A stretch of 60,003 nucleotides of DNA from Eledone cirrhosa (Eukaryota). The stretch spans positions 1-60,003 of the forward strand of contig CAXHJY010001484.1 in NCBI GenBank assembly GCA_964016885.1, given 5' to 3'. The notes under the pieces were generated by a model. The model had not been told where the DNA came from. It was given only the letters and a program-made list of their open reading frames with translations, and did not search any database. This document shows positions 42,926 to 59,200 of this stretch, one piece after another; the first letter of the stretch is position 1; every line of letters starts with the position of its first letter. The position numbers and the translations under genes are program-made.

Positions 42926-45900
42926 ATTCACCTCGTGGACGAGAATGCGAGCACTCCTCTTTGTTTCGTCCGCGGATGGCTAACGTAACCCTATCTCCCC
43001 CCGCCCCCCACCACCCCCACCCTCCAAACGCAACCCAAAACTTCAGAGTTGGTACCATAAATGTGGGCACCCTAAAGGGTCGCGCTAACGAGGTTGTAGA
43101 AATGCTTGAACGTAAGGAGGTCGATGTTTGTTGTATTCAAGAGACCAGGTGGAGGGGTGGGTCTGCTAGATTCATTGAGGGTAAAAAACGATGTTATAAG
43201 CTTTTCTGGGTGGGAAACGACGATGGGCTGAGTGGAGTAGGAATCTTGGTAGCAGAAAAGTGGGCAGATAAGATAATAGACGTAAATAGAGTGAACGACA
43301 GAATAATTAAAATAAGACTTGTCCTCAATAAAACTACGGTGACAGTAATATCTGCGTACGCACCCCAATCCGGACTGCCCGGCACTATAAAAGACAGATT
43401 CTATGAGACACTGTTGCTAACTACCTCCCAAATATCTGACAGTGACTATATAATTATTGCAGGCGACCTAAATGGTCACGTTGGACAACATTGTGACGGC
43501 TACGACGAAATCCATGGAGGCTATGGGTTTGGTACTAGAAATGAGGAAGGCTCCAGAATCCTGGAATTCTGTGATGCAAATAACCTAACTATCTGTAACA
43601 CTAACTTCAAAAAACGTGACAATCACCTGATCACCTATAGATCAGGGGAACACACAAGCCAGGTAGATTATATCCTTACCAGAAGACGTGACAGAGTGTC
43701 TGTTGTAAACACTAAATCCCTCCCCCATGAAGAATGCACCTCCCAACATAGACTGATAATTAGCGACCTCATAGTCAGGACGAGACGTACTCGACAGCAG
43801 AAGAGGACTATCCTCAGGAGGAAAATATGGAAACTAAAGGACCCCACAGCCAGAAATAAATTTCAAAGCATATTACTTGATGCTTTCGACAGTAAGGAAG
43901 AGCATCTAGAATCGGACAATATAGAGGGACAGTGGGAATTTCTGAAAGCAAACCTGCTGTTGGCGACAGACGAAGTCTGTGGCTGGAGCAGGCCTGTAGG
44001 CAGGAGGAGAGTAACTTGGTGGTGGAACAGTAGGGTGGAGGGGTCAATTAAGGCCAAAAAGCAGGCTTGGAAAGTATGGCGGGATGGGGGAAGTAGAGTA
44101 GACTATCAAGTGGCCAGGAGGGAAGCTAGGAGAGAAGTGTACTTAGCAAGAAGGGAAGCTGAGGAAAGAAAGTTCAAGCATGTTCTACAACGCGATGACC
44201 AAAAACGTGAGGTGTTCAGGATTGCCAGGCAATGCGTCAAGGAAAACCGTGATATTGTCGGGGAGAAGTGTGTACTTAACGATGATGGCATACTTGCCAT
44301 CACCGACACTGATAAGAAGGTAGCTTGGAAGTGTCACTATGAAAGGCTACTAAATGAGGAGAATAAATGGGAGAAAGACAGTCTCCCCCATATCGACCCG
44401 ATAGAGGGACCAGCAGTGTTAGTCGAGGGGAGTATAATAAGTAAGGCAATCAAGGATATGAAGACGGGTAAGGCGGCTGGGCCTTCGGAAATAGTTGCTG
44501 AGATGCTGAAGGCATCTGGCACGGTGGGACACACCATGGTCACCCGCATAGTTAACCAAGTCGTACAGAATGGGGATGTTCCGAAGGACTGGCATAGCAG
44601 CATCATCGTTAACTGTTATAAGGGTAAAGGAGACGCCCTAGATAGGAGTAACTATAGAGGCATTAAATTAATCGACCAGGTCATGAAGGTCACGGAAAAA
44701 GTAATAGCGCAACTAATCAGAGAGAGAATTGACCTAGATGAAATGCAGTTCGGGTTTGTGTCAGGCAAAAGTACCACAGACGCTCTTTTCATAGTACGAC
44801 AACTACAGGAGAAGTACCTAGCTAAAGGTAAACCCCTCTACTTAGCTTTTGTCGACTTGGAGAAAGCCTTCGACAGAGTCCCCCGCTCCATTATCTGGTG
44901 GGCTCTTAGAAAACTAGGCGTTGACGAATGGCTTCTGAGGGCTATACAAGCCATGTATAAAGAAACAGTCAGCAAGGTTAGAATTAACAACGAATATAGT
45001 GAAGAGTTTAGCGTAAAAGTTGGCGTCCATCAGGGCTCTGTTCTCAGCCCCCTACTATTTATTATTGCCCTTCAGGCTATAACAGAGGAGTTCAAGACAG
45101 GCTGCCCATGGGAACTCCTATACGCAGACGACCTGACACTCATAGCGGAATCAATGGCCGAGCTAGAGAAGAAATTCCAAACATGGAAGCACGGCCTAGA
45201 GTCAAAAGGACTTAAAATTAACCTGGCTAAGACCAAAGTTCTAGTTTGTAGGAAAGAAAACAAGGCGGCGGTCCCTTCTGGGAAATGGTCGTGCTCGGTG
45301 TGTAGGAAAGGCGTAGGTAGAGACTCCATTTTATGTCCTAAATGCAAAGTATGGGTGCATAAAAGATGTAGTGGGATCACAGGTAAGCTAACTAAGAACA
45401 TAGATTTTACATGTGGCCGGTGTTCTGGTGCAATAAGTAGCAGCAAGTGCCCACAAAATACTAGCTCTTTCAATTGCGCAGAGGGTTCTATAGAAATAGT
45501 GGACAGCTTCCGTTACCTGGGCGATAAAATCAGCAGTGGGGGAGGGTGCTCTGAAAGTACTGTAGCTAGAGTCAGAACTGGTTGGAAAAAGTTCAGAGAG
45601 CTTATACCACTATTAGCTGCTAAAGGGTTCTCCCTAAAAATGAAAGGCAGGTTGTACGATGCCTGCATACGAACAGCAATGTTGCATGGTAGTGAGACCT
45701 GGGCATTGTGTGCAGAGGATATACGCAGACTAGAGAGGAACGAAGCTTGCATGCTCCGCTGGATGTGTAACAGTAATATACGTGAACGGCAAAGCATAAA
45801 CGAACAAAGGAAAAAATTAGAGATAAGAGGGATCAGATGTTGTTTACTCGAGAGAAGGCTGCGTTGGTATGGACACGTGATGCGCATGAAAGTCGATAGC

Positions 45901-46451
45901 TGTATAACAAAGTGCAGGGCAATAAAGATAGACGGTAGCCACGGAATAGGCAGACCTAGAAAAACATGGGATGAGCTGATAAACTCCGACCTCACACACT
46001 TACACCTCTCCAAGACAATGTCACTGGACCGAGACCTTTGGCGGTACTCAGTAACAGAGAAGACCCGCCTCGCCAGTAGGCATCTCTAACAAAATAAACC
46101 CCGTCCCGCCAGCACCGCCACCCCATCCACACCACCCCGTTCTATGTAAAGTTATGTTGGTGCCGCGCCATCGAGGCCGAAACAAATGAGATCGTGTAGG
46201 TGTCACGACAAAAAAACACACAGTCCACGCTGTAATGTGGCCGTGTAGGCAACACGGTAAAAACCTCCCAGACGCACACTGTAAATGTGGTTGGTGTTAG
46301 GAAGGGCATCCAACTGTAGAAAACCTGCCAGACAGTCCTATGCGAACAAGACAATCACTCTTGCCTCAAGTGCGACTACCCCCGTCCAAACCCATGCAAG
46401 CGTGGAACACGGACGTTAAACGTTGATGATGATGATGATGATGATGATGAT
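42926..46451 (+). mobile_element. RTE LINE family A (young subfamily): 5'UTR lost, ORF uninterrupted
   Basis: APE-RT ORF, 3'UTR and (GAT)n tail; nearly identical to 56290-59800. Confidence 0.96.
42976..46089 (+). CDS. RTE-A polyprotein (APE endonuclease + RT + PHD-type finger), 1037 aa from the first retained ATG
   Basis: MANVT...GTINVGTL...IQETRW...GDLNGH...YADD...C4HC3...; the tracked ORF's N-terminus is antisense RTE-C plus microsatellite. Confidence 0.88.
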   Translation: MANVTLSPPAPHHPHPPNATQNFRVGTINVGTLKGRANEVVEMLERKEVDVCCIQETRWRGGSARFIEGKKRCYKLFWVGNDDGLSGVGILVAEKWADKIIDVNRVNDRIIKIRLVLNKTTVTVISAYAPQSGLPGTIKDRFYETLLLTTSQISDSDYIIIAGDLNGHVGQHCDGYDEIHGGYGFGTRNEEGSRILEFCDANNLTICNTNFKKRDNHLITYRSGEHTSQVDYILTRRRDRVSVVNTKSLPHEECTSQHRLIISDLIVRTRRTRQQKRTILRRKIWKLKDPTARNKFQSILLDAFDSKEEHLESDNIEGQWEFLKANLLLATDEVCGWSRPVGRRRVTWWWNSRVEGSIKAKKQAWKVWRDGGSRVDYQVARREARREVYLARREAEERKFKHVLQRDDQKREVFRIARQCVKENRDIVGEKCVLNDDGILAITDTDKKVAWKCHYERLLNEENKWEKDSLPHIDPIEGPAVLVEGSIISKAIKDMKTGKAAGPSEIVAEMLKASGTVGHTMVTRIVNQVVQNGDVPKDWHSSIIVNCYKGKGDALDRSNYRGIKLIDQVMKVTEKVIAQLIRERIDLDEMQFGFVSGKSTTDALFIVRQLQEKYLAKGKPLYLAFVDLEKAFDRVPRSIIWWALRKLGVDEWLLRAIQAMYKETVSKVRINNEYSEEFSVKVGVHQGSVLSPLLFIIALQAITEEFKTGCPWELLYADDLTLIAESMAELEKKFQTWKHGLESKGLKINLAKTKVLVCRKENKAAVPSGKWSCSVCRKGVGRDSILCPKCKVWVHKRCSGITGKLTKNIDFTCGRCSGAISSSKCPQNTSSFNCAEGSIEIVDSFRYLGDKISSGGGCSESTVARVRTGWKKFRELIPLLAAKGFSLKMKGRLYDACIRTAMLHGSETWALCAEDIRRLERNEACMLRWMCNSNIRERQSINEQRKKLEIRGIRCCLLERRLRWYGHVMRMKVDSCITKCRAIKIDGSHGIGRPRKTWDELINSDLTHLHLSKTMSLDRDLWRYSVTEKTRLASRHL

Positions 46452-47323
<872 letters not shown>

Positions 47324-48163
47324 CTAGCAGTAAAGCCCGGCGTTGCCCGGGGTCGCTCAGTAGCTGTGTTAAAGTTACAATCTTAAGTTTCTTTTTTGGC
47401 TTAAAAACTGTAGTGTCTACTGTGCAGACTTGCATGTGGTGTTTTTGATTAATATTCCCTCAACCAACAATATGCCTTATGAAGTTAAGAAAACATAACG
47501 ATAACCCGAACGTTATAACAAAAGAGGATGCTGGGGATAAAAACTGCACTGGTTATTTATTAAAAAAGATCGAAAATGTAAACACTGCAACGCAGAGAAA
47601 AACATTAGCGTAACCAAATTATCAGTTATGTCTGTCTGCACGCCTATATCACCTCTCTGCACGACTGTCTGTCTGCACGCCTATATCACCTCTCTGCACG
47701 ACTGTCTGTCTGCACGCCTAACGAAATTTACAGATACATTTATTTTAAATAAACTTATATAATTTTTGCTTTTTTTTACGAAATATTTGCTTGTTTTACG
47801 TAGTCTTTAAATAGACTTGTTTTCAAGTAAAAATATTGTTTTAAAAGGCTTGTTCGTGTGTTGTGTTAATGTCATTTTAAACGCTGAGAAAGCCAGCGTA
47901 ATTTTTTTTATTTTTGCAGGCAGACGCTCAATGTAAACAGAACAAAGGGAAATAACTAATCACTTACGCTCAAAAATCGATACATTATATTCGATTTCGT
48001 CAGATAGGGCGGGTCAATTTGAAATATTTTTTTTTCCTATGTCTTCGCTAGGGCTCAATGTACAAGTATAGCAATTTCGGTGCAATTCCGTGAGAGATTC
48101 TAAGAGGAGATGTGTGCCAGAAATCGATAAACAGACAGACAACCACAGTTTTCTATATATAGA
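47324..48163 (-). mobile_element. Non-autonomous Helitron-like element (840 bp)
   Basis: Minus strand A|TC...CTAG|T termini, subterminal GC hairpin CCCGGGCAACGCCGGG just upstream of CTAG, (GTCT) tract near the 5' end, internal 37-bp tandem at 47629-47720. Confidence 0.82.
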
Positions 48164-48417
48164 TATCATATATATATCATATATATCATATATATATATC
48201 AAATATATATATATATATATATCAAATATATATATATATATATATCAAATATATATATATATATATATCAAATATATATATATATATCAAATATATATAT
48301 ATATATATATATCAAATATACATATATATATCAAATATATATATATATATATCAAATATACATATATATATCAAATATATATATATATACCATATATATA
48401 TCAAATATATATATATT

Positions 48418-48453
48418 AAGCGAGGAACACGGACGTTAAACGATGATGATGAT
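48418..48453 (+). mobile_element. Micro-insertion: last ~35 nt of RTE family A
   Basis: aagcgaggaacacggacgttaaacgatgatgatgat. Confidence 0.75.
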
Positions 48454-48766
48454 ATCAAATATACATATATATATATATCAAATATATATATATATATATA
48501 TCAAATATACATATATATAGTATTAAGGATACTATATATGGTTATGTATATACTAAAACCTTTTATAGTTATATATATTTAAGACCCTAAACAGTAAAAG
48601 ACAGTAATTTATTACTACCTTATTACTAGTAAGATAAATAGCTCAATGTAATAACATCAGTTGTTTTACAGAGCAGTTATATAGAAATTACATGAATCAA
48701 AGTTATGTTCAAACCATTTATTAGTTTACAATTGTTTCTTCCAAACCGAGGTTTATATTTATATAT

Positions 48767-48803
<37 letters not shown>

Positions 48804-48812
48804 AATATATAT

Positions 48813-48846
<34 letters not shown>

Positions 48847-48868
48847 ATATATATAAATATATATATAT

Positions 48869-48908
<40 letters not shown>

Positions 48909-48983
48909 ATTAATAAATGGAAACTATATTTATAAAATTATATTTATTTCATTATACATATTTCAGGGATACCATTTTTGGAA

Positions 48984-49679
48984 GCTGGATGTGTAATAGT
49001 AATATATGTAAACGGCAAAGCATAAACGATCTAAGGAAAAAATTAGAAATAAGAGGGATCAGATGTTTACTCGAGAGAAGGCTATGTTGTTATGGTCACG
49101 TGATGCGCATGAAGGACGACAGCTGTATAACAAAGTGCAGGGCAATAACGATAGACGGTAGCCACGGAGTAGGCAGACCCAGAAAAACCTGGGACGAGCT
49201 GATAAATTCCGACCTCACACACTTACACCTCTCCAAGACAATGTCACTGGACCGAGACCTTTGGCGGTACTCAGTAATAGAGAAGACCCGCCTTACCTAA
49301 ATACAAAGTAAAACCTACTACAGTCAGTAGGCATCTCTAACAAAATACACCCCCGTCCCACCACCCCCACCCCATCCACACCGCCCCCTTCTATGTAAAG
49401 TTATGCTGGTGCCACACCATCCAGGCCGAAACGAATGAGATCGTGTAGGTGTGACGACAAAAAAACAGTCCACGCTGTAATGTGGCCGTGTAGGCAACAC
49501 GGTAAAAACCTCCCAGACACACACTGTAAATGTGGTTGGTGTTAGGAAGGGCATCCAATTGTAGAAAACCTGCCAGACAGTCCTATGCGAGCAAGACAAT
49601 CACTCTTGCCTCAAGTGGGAAAACCCCCCGTCCAAACCCATGCAAGCGTGGAACACGGACGTTAAACGCTGATGATGAT
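48984..49679 (+). mobile_element. RTE family A, 5'-truncated copy
   Basis: WMCNSN...EKTRLT*, then UTR and tail. Confidence 0.93.
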
Positions 49680-49691
49680 ATATATATATAT

Positions 49692-49782
<91 letters not shown>

Positions 49783-49927
49783 TTTTGAGTTTATGTTGGT
49801 TGTATACCAACACCTCAGTATGCAGGCTGGAGCACTCGACGAAGTGCGCAGGTTGGTTTGGTTACTCCAGAGTAGTGTAAAATAAAGTTAAGGAAAAGTC
49901 AAATGATTAAATTTAGCTTCGTTTATT

Positions 49928-49982
49928 ACTGCTATATATATTTCAGTGACAGCCATCTTTGGCTGTGACCTCTTCAGGCAGT
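49928..49982 (-). ncRNA. Type I hammerhead ribozyme in a probable Penelope-like terminal remnant (~49785-50097)
   Basis: ACUGC-CUGAAGA-GGUCACAGCC(AAAGAU)GGCUGUCACU-GAAA-UAUAUAUA-GCAGU, followed by AAUAAA. Confidence 0.78.
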
Positions 49983-50156
49983 TTGAATTAGTATGGTATA
50001 GACAAGTACATATGTTGTTTAGGTGTATGATATTGTCAATACTCTGATATGCCCAGTTCCTTGTTGGGTTGTTAATTCACTGGGGAACTGGAGTCATATC
50101 AAATATATATATATATATCAAATATATATATATATATATATCAAATATATATATAT

Positions 50157-50193
<37 letters not shown>

Positions 50194-50197
50194 AATA

Positions 50198-51431
50198 TCA
50201 TCATCACCGTTTTACGTCCATTCTTCCACGCTAGCATGGGTTAGACGGGTTGTCCTGTTGTGGGCAGTGTCTGGTCGGCTGACCATGCCTTGCTCATACA
50301 GGAACTGATCTGGCTTGATTTCTACAGCTGGATGCCCTTCCTAACACCAACCTCATTTACAGTGAGTGCTGGGTGCTTTTTCGTGGCGCCTACACGTCCA
50401 CTTTACAGTGTGGGCTGGGTGCTTTTTTGCCGTGGCACCTCCACGACCACCTTGCGGTGGGGGGGGGGGGGGCATATTGTTTATATGCTTCAGCATGTAC
50501 CCATGGGAGGTCGGGTACCCTGTATTACTGCGTGACGCCAGAAGTCACGGTCGTGTGTCATTGACTTTGAGAGGTGTAGTTGGGTAAGGTCGGCTTTTAT
50601 CACCTCATCCCAAGTCATCTTGGGTCTCCCCACTCCGCGGTTTCCATCAACTTCTAGTGCTCTGCACCTTTTTATGCAATTGTCATCCTTCATACGCATC
50701 ACATGTCCATACCAGTGTAACCGCCTCTCCTGCACGCAGCATTTGATTCCTCTTATGCTCAGTCTCTCTCTCAATTCCTTTATGCTTTGTCGTTCACGTA
50801 TATTACTGTTACACATCCATCGGAGCATGCAGGCTTCGTTTCTCTCTAATCTACGTAAGTCTTCCACCTTCAGCGCCCAGGTCTCACTACCATGCAACAT
50901 CGCTGTTCGGATACACGCATCATACAGTCTGCCTTTCATTCTGAGGGAGAAGCCTTTTGCAGCTAGCAGTGGTAGTAGTTCCCTAAACTTCTTCCATCCC
51001 GTTCTTACCCTAGTTATTGTACTTTCTGAGCACCCACCTCCGTTGCTAATTCGGTCACCTAGGTAGCAGAAGCTGTCTACTGTTTCTACAGGGCCCTCCC
51101 AGAGATTGGTGGTACTTGTTTCCTGTGGCTGTTTGCTTGCTGTTTCAGCACAGCTGCTGCATGTGAATCCTACATTCTTAATTAAGCTTCCTGAGATCCC
51201 GCTACATCTCTTGTGTACCCATTGTTTGCATTTGGGGCAGAGAATGGAGTTCCTACCTACACCTTTCCTACATACTGAGCAAGGCCATTTCCCTGAGGGG
51301 ATCTGGGTTCTGTTTTCTCGTCTACTTATAAGGACCTTAGTCTTTGTCATGTTGACTTTGAGGCCCTTTCTCTCTAGTCCCTGCTTCCAGGTTTGGAATT
51401 TATTCTCTAGTTCTACCATAGATTCAGCTAT
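50198..51431 (-). mobile_element. RTE family B, 5'-truncated copy
   Basis: Near-identical to 28419-29668. Confidence 0.95.
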
Positions 51432-54826
<3,395 letters not shown>

Positions 54827-55027
54827 TAGGAACGATCGACTTTCGTCAAATCGGACCGAGGGAACAATGTTTACGTTGGTCTTTCCAATTGCTAATACTA
54901 TCTATCGGTCGCAACTCCAGGTAGAAGGAGCAGCGTGAAATAAAGTGTCTTGCTCAAGGACATAACGCATCACCTGGTCCAGGAATCGAACTCACAACCT
55001 TACGATTGCGAATCCAATTCACTAACC
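54827..55027 (-). mobile_element. tRNA/CORE-like SINE with a different 3' part (family S2)
   Basis: GAAGGCGTGTGGCTGAGTGG (A box), GAGTTCGATTCC (B box), ccttgagcaagacactttatttcac, then an unrelated tail. Confidence 0.8.
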
Positions 55028-55168
55028 ACTCAGCCACACGCCTTCATAATATATATATATATATATATATCAAATATATATATATATATATATCAAATAT
55101 ATATATATATATATATATATATCAAATATATATATATATATATATATCAAATATATATATATATATAT

Positions 55169-55207
<39 letters not shown>

Positions 55208-55658
55208 AATATATATAAATATATATATATATATCAAATATATATAAATATATATATATATATCAAATATATATAAATATATATATATATATATCAAATA
55301 TATATAAATATATATATATATATATCAAATATATATAAATATATATATATATATATCAAATATATATATATATATATATATATCAAATATATATATATAT
55401 ATATATATCAAATATATATATACATATATATCAAATATATATATATATATATATATCAAATATATATATATATATATATATCAAATATATTATATATATA
55501 TATATCAAATATATATATATATATATATATATCAAATATATATATATATATATATATATCAAATATATATATATATATCAAATATATATATATATATATA
55601 TCAAATATATATATATATATATATATATATCAAATATATATAAATATATATATATATA
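55028..55658. repeat. Punctuated microsatellite [(TA)n TCAAA]
   Basis: Direct reading. Confidence 0.95.
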
Positions 55659-55741
55659 CGTTATTCCGGGTTGAATCGGAGGTAACCACAGTAAGTAAGG
55701 TACTCAATACATAGCAGAGTATAACAGTTTTAATATAGAAG

Positions 55742-55792
55742 AGATTCTACAGGACTAGAACTGTTTCATTCATTAGAAATCATCAGGAATCT
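55742..55792 (-). ncRNA. Type I hammerhead ribozyme within a ~540-bp insert (55659-56198)
   Basis: AGAUUC-CUGAUGA-U-UUC(UAAU)GAA-U-GAA-ACAG(UUCUAGUC)CUGU-A-GAAUCU; cleavage triplet GUA. Confidence 0.82.
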
Positions 55793-56205
55793 GGGTATCA
55801 AAAAATAAAAATGGTATTTATAGGTCTCTACAGGTGGTAGGAGAGGGTGGGGAGTGGGATGGGTGCAGGTCATTGGTTGATAGAAAAGGGAATTCATTAA
55901 AAGCTAATTCTACAAAGCTATAGTTTATTTTTATTTTTATTTAAAGCTATAGTTTATTTTTATTTTTATTTATTTATGTTTTTAGAGTAACAAGGGCAGA
56001 CAGAATTCTATAAACAGGTTCCGGATGGCATACCATTCCTTGTCAATAAGTTTCTCTTAAGCTAACAGATGTCTATAAAATCAGTGGGGAGTCAGTCATG
56101 GTCGATAGAATTAAAGAAAAGGGAGATTCTTTAAAAGCTAAAGTCATTAAGGTTCTACTAAGTGACAAAGGTCTAGAGAATTCTGCAGACAGATTCAAAT
56201 ATATA

Positions 56206-56244
<39 letters not shown>

Positions 56245-56289
56245 GTGTGTATATTTTTTTATGTATATGTATATATTTGTGTGTATGTA

Positions 56290-59200
56290 TCATCATCATC
56301 ATCAACGTTTAACGTCCGTGTTCCACGCTTGCATGGGTTTGGACGGGGGTAGTCCCACTTGAGGCAAGAGTGATTGTCTTGCTCGCATAGGACTGTCTGG
56401 CAGGTTTTCTACAGTTGGATGCCCTTCCTAACACCAACCACATTTACAGTGTGGGTCTGGGAGGTTTTTACTGTGTTGCCTACACGGCCACATTACAGCG
56501 TGGACTGTGTGTTTTTTTGTCGTGACACCTACACGATCTCATTTGTTTCGGCCTGGATGGTGCGGCACCAACATAACTTTACATAGAACGGGGTGGTGTG
56601 GATGGGGTGGGGGTGGTGGCGGTGGGTGTATTTTGTTAGAGATGCCTACTGGCAAGGCGGGTCTTCTCTGTTACTGAGTACCGCCAAAGGTCTCGGTCCA
56701 GTGACATTGTCTTGGAGAGGTGTAAGTGTGTGAGGTCGGAGTTTATCAGCTCATCCCATGTTTTTCTAGGTCTGCCTATTCCGTGGCTACCGTCTATCTT
56801 TATTGCCCTGCACTTTGTTATACAGCTATCGACTTTCATGCGCATCACGTGTCCATACCAACGCAGCCTTCTCTCGAGTAAACAACATCTGATCCCTCTT
56901 ATCTCTAATTTTTTCCTTAGTTCGTTTATGCTTTGCCGTTCACGTATATTACTGTTACATATCCAGCGGAGCATGCAAGCTTCGTTCCTCTCTAGTCTGC
57001 GTATATCCTCTGCACACAATGCCCAGGTCTCACTACCATGCAACATTGCTGTTCGTATGCAGGCATCGTACAACCTGCCTTTCATTTTTAGGGAGAACCC
57101 TTTAGCAGCTAATAGTGGTATAAGCTCTCTGAACTTTTTCCAACCAGTTCTGACTCTAGCTACAGTACTTTCAGAGCACCCTCCCCCACTGCTGATTTTA
57201 TCGCCCAGGTAACGGAAGCTGTCCACTATTTCTATAGAACCCTCTGCGCAATTGAAAGAGCTAGTATTTTGTGGGCACTTGCTGCTACTTATTGCACCAG
57301 AACACCGGCCACATGTAAAATCTATGTTCTTAGTTAGCTTACCTGTGATCCCACTACATCTTTTATGCACCCATACTTTGCATTTAGGACATAAAATGGA
57401 GTCTCTACCTACGCCTTTCCTACACACCGAGCACGACCATTTCCCAGAAGGGACCGCCGCCTTGTTTTCTTTCCTACAAACTAGAACTTTGGTCTTAGCC
57501 AGGTTAATTTTAAGTCCTTTTGACTCTAGGCCGTGCTTCCATGTTTGGAATTTCTTCTCTTGCTCGGCCATTGATTCCGCTATGAGTGTCAGGTCGTCTG
57601 CGTATAGGAGTTCCCATGGGCAGCCTGTCTTGAACTCCTCTGTTATAGCCTGAAGGGCAATAATAAATAGTAGGGGGCTGAGAACAGAGCCCTGATGGAC
57701 GCCAACTTTTACGCTAAACTCTTCACTATATTCGTTGTTAATTCTAACCTTGCTGACTGTTTCTTTATACATGGCTTGTAGAGCCCTCACAAGCCATTCG
57801 TCAACGCCTAGTTTTCTAAGAGCCCACCAGATAATGGAGCGGGGGACTCTGTCGAAGGCTTTCTCCAGGTCGACAAAAGCTAAGTAGAGGGGTCTACCTT
57901 TAGCTAGGTACTTCTCCTGTAGTTGTCGTACTATGAAAAGGGCGTCTGTGGTGCTTTTCCCTGACACAAACCCGAACTGCATTTCATCTAGGTCAATTCT
58001 CTCTGATTAGTTGCGCTATTACTTTTTCCGTGACCTTCATGACCTGGTCGATTAATTTAATGCCTCTATAGTTACTCCTATCTAGGGCGTCTCCTTTACC
58101 CTTATAACAGTTAACGATGATGCTGCTATGCCAGTCCTTCGGAACAACCCCATTCTGTACGACTTGGTTAACTATGCGGGTGACCATGGTGTGTCCCACC
58201 GTGCCAGATGCCTTCAGCATCTCAGCAACTATTTCCGAAGGCCCAGCCGCCTTACCCGTCTTCATATCCTTGATTGCCTTACTTATTATACTCCCCTCGA
58301 CTAACACTGCTGGTCCCTCTATCGGGTCGATATGGGGGAGACTGTCTTTCTCCCATTTATTCTCCTCATTTAGTAGCCTTTCATAGTGACACTTCCAAGC
58401 TACCTTCTTATCAGTGTCGGTGATGGCAAGTATGCCATCATCGTTAAGTACACACTTCTCCCCGACAATATCACGGTTTTCCTTGACGCATTGCCTGGCA
58501 ATCCTGAACACCTCACGTTTTTGGTCATCGCGTTGTAGAACATGCTTGAACTTTCTTTCCTCAGCTTCCCTTCTTGCTAAGTACACTTCTCTCCTAGCTT
58601 CCCTCCTGGCCACTTGATAGTCTACTCTACTTCCCCCATCCCGCCATACTTTCCAAGCCTGCTTTTTGGCCTTAATTGACCCCTCCACCCTACTGTTCCA
58701 CCACCAAGTTACTCTCCTCCTGCCTACAGGCCTGCTCCAGCCACAGACTTCGTCTGTCGCCAACAGCAGGTTTGCTTTCAGAAATTCCCACTCTCCCTCT
58801 ATATTGGCCGATTCTAGATGCTCTTCCTTACTGTCGAAAGCATCAAGTAATATGCTTTGAAATTTATTTCTGGCTGTGGGGTCCTTTAGTTTCCATATTT
58901 TCCTTCTGAGGATAGTCCTCTTCTGCTGTCGAGTACGTCTCGTCCTGACTATGAGGTCGCTAATTATCAGTCTATGTTGGGTGGTGCATTCTTCATGGGG
59001 GAGGGATTTAGTGTTTACAACAGACACTCTGTCACGTCTTCTGGTAAGGATATAATCTACCTGGCTTGTGTGTTCCCCTGATCTATAGGTGATCAGGTGA
59101 TTGTCACGTTTTTTTAAGTTAGTGTTACAGATAGTTAGGTTATTTGCATCACAGAATTCCAGGATTCTGGAGCCTCCCTCATTTCTAGTACCAAACCCAT

